Notes under the pieces: generated by a model | Database searches by the model: none | Told to the model about the DNA's origin: nothing | The model's input: the letters and a program-made list of their open reading frames with translations, nothing else | DNA from: Rhodosorus marinus CCMP1338 | Taxonomy: Eukaryota; Plantae; Rhodophyta | Assembly: GCA_029953675.1 (NCBI GenBank) | Contig: JAMWBK010000006.1 | Location: forward strand, 310,001-374,000 | Length of the DNA stretch: 64,000 bases | Reading direction: 5' to 3' | Shown: positions 63,430 to 64,000 of the stretch, piece by piece | Layout: each line of letters opens with the position of its first letter | Position numbering within the stretch: the first letter of the stretch is position 1 | Made by a program: the position numbers and the translations under genes

Positions 63430-64000
63430 TCAGGAGTTTCCGGCCGTTCGTGTTTGTCGCTTCAACGAACCATCAGGCTCAAGGGAAACTTCGTCTGAGT
63501 CTATTGTCTTCCGTTTCTTTCTGCTGTTAGCCAGAAGCTCAATCTCAAGGGTTTCAACAATCGTGTCTGGAGTGGCCATGGAACCTATTCCGACGTCACC
63601 ACAAGCGAGCTTTTTCGAGGTTGGGGAAACTATTTGAACACCAAATGTCTCCACCGAGTTCTATCGCACAATGGAAAAGCTTAGAAGAAGCAAAATCACT
63701 GTTACTAAAGCCATGGAGTGCTGCTCTTACAGTTTGCCGCGAAGTGAGCGGGTGCTCCCACATAACCGTGTTCATCGCAGGTGCCACAATGAGCGGTGCT
63801 TTAGACGGATCCCATGCTCTTGCTGTGCACGTCAAGGCGTTGTCACACAATCCGTTTGCTAGCTTCGCGAGCGTGTTTGCACTCAGCGGTGCTATTACAA
63901 ACGCGTCCGCCCATCTCCTCAGCTCGATATGCAAAACCTCATCTCCAAGTTTCTCCCACATTAACCACTCCTTCTCATCATCCAAAACCTCAACTCCATC
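63430..64000 (-). CDS. PPCDC: Phosphopantothenoylcysteine decarboxylase (HAL3-like flavoprotein), 3' part
   Basis: VLHIELRRWADAFVIAPLSANTLAKLANGLCDNALTC, VAPAMNTVMWEHP, intron, then KKLACGDVGIGSMA. The start lies beyond the right edge. Confidence 0.93.

Overview
Compact, gene-dense eukaryotic nuclear DNA with short spliceosomal introns (GT...AG, mostly ~75-120 nt, CTAAC-type branch points) and AT-rich intergenic tracts. PGR5, a phosphoglycolate phosphatase and several N-terminal transit peptides with an early Phe (MAFV, MVAGFV, MTTAF) and no bipartite signal point to a red alga (inference; species not determinable). About 25 protein genes are supported. Recognisable ones: VPS53 (partial), mago nashi, ELP3, CSN1, PGR5, condensin CAP-G, PGLP, SirB1-like, HRD1, a CLC channel, an alpha/beta hydrolase, a class IV aminotransferase, mitochondrial S13, CDC48, ERV1, a PfkB kinase, an MPDU1-like PQ-loop protein, a MULE transposase, ALG6 and PPCDC (partial). 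No rRNA, tRNA or CRISPR array was seen. The top observation is a head-to-head pair of intron-containing genes (8863-12436) encoding bacterial polymorphic-toxin-like HNH domains with a WWN signature. One copy has a complete HNH active site that appears only after splicing. The other has lost its terminal His ligands and carries an N-terminal motif resembling the Rpn/RpnS antitoxin C-terminus. Other notable items: a Mago with natural substitutions at the eIF4AIII-binding loops, a CLC lacking the gating Glu, internal Glu and central Tyr, and a TIR-less intron-containing MULE transposase. All family assignments come from motif recognition by eye; no searches were run.
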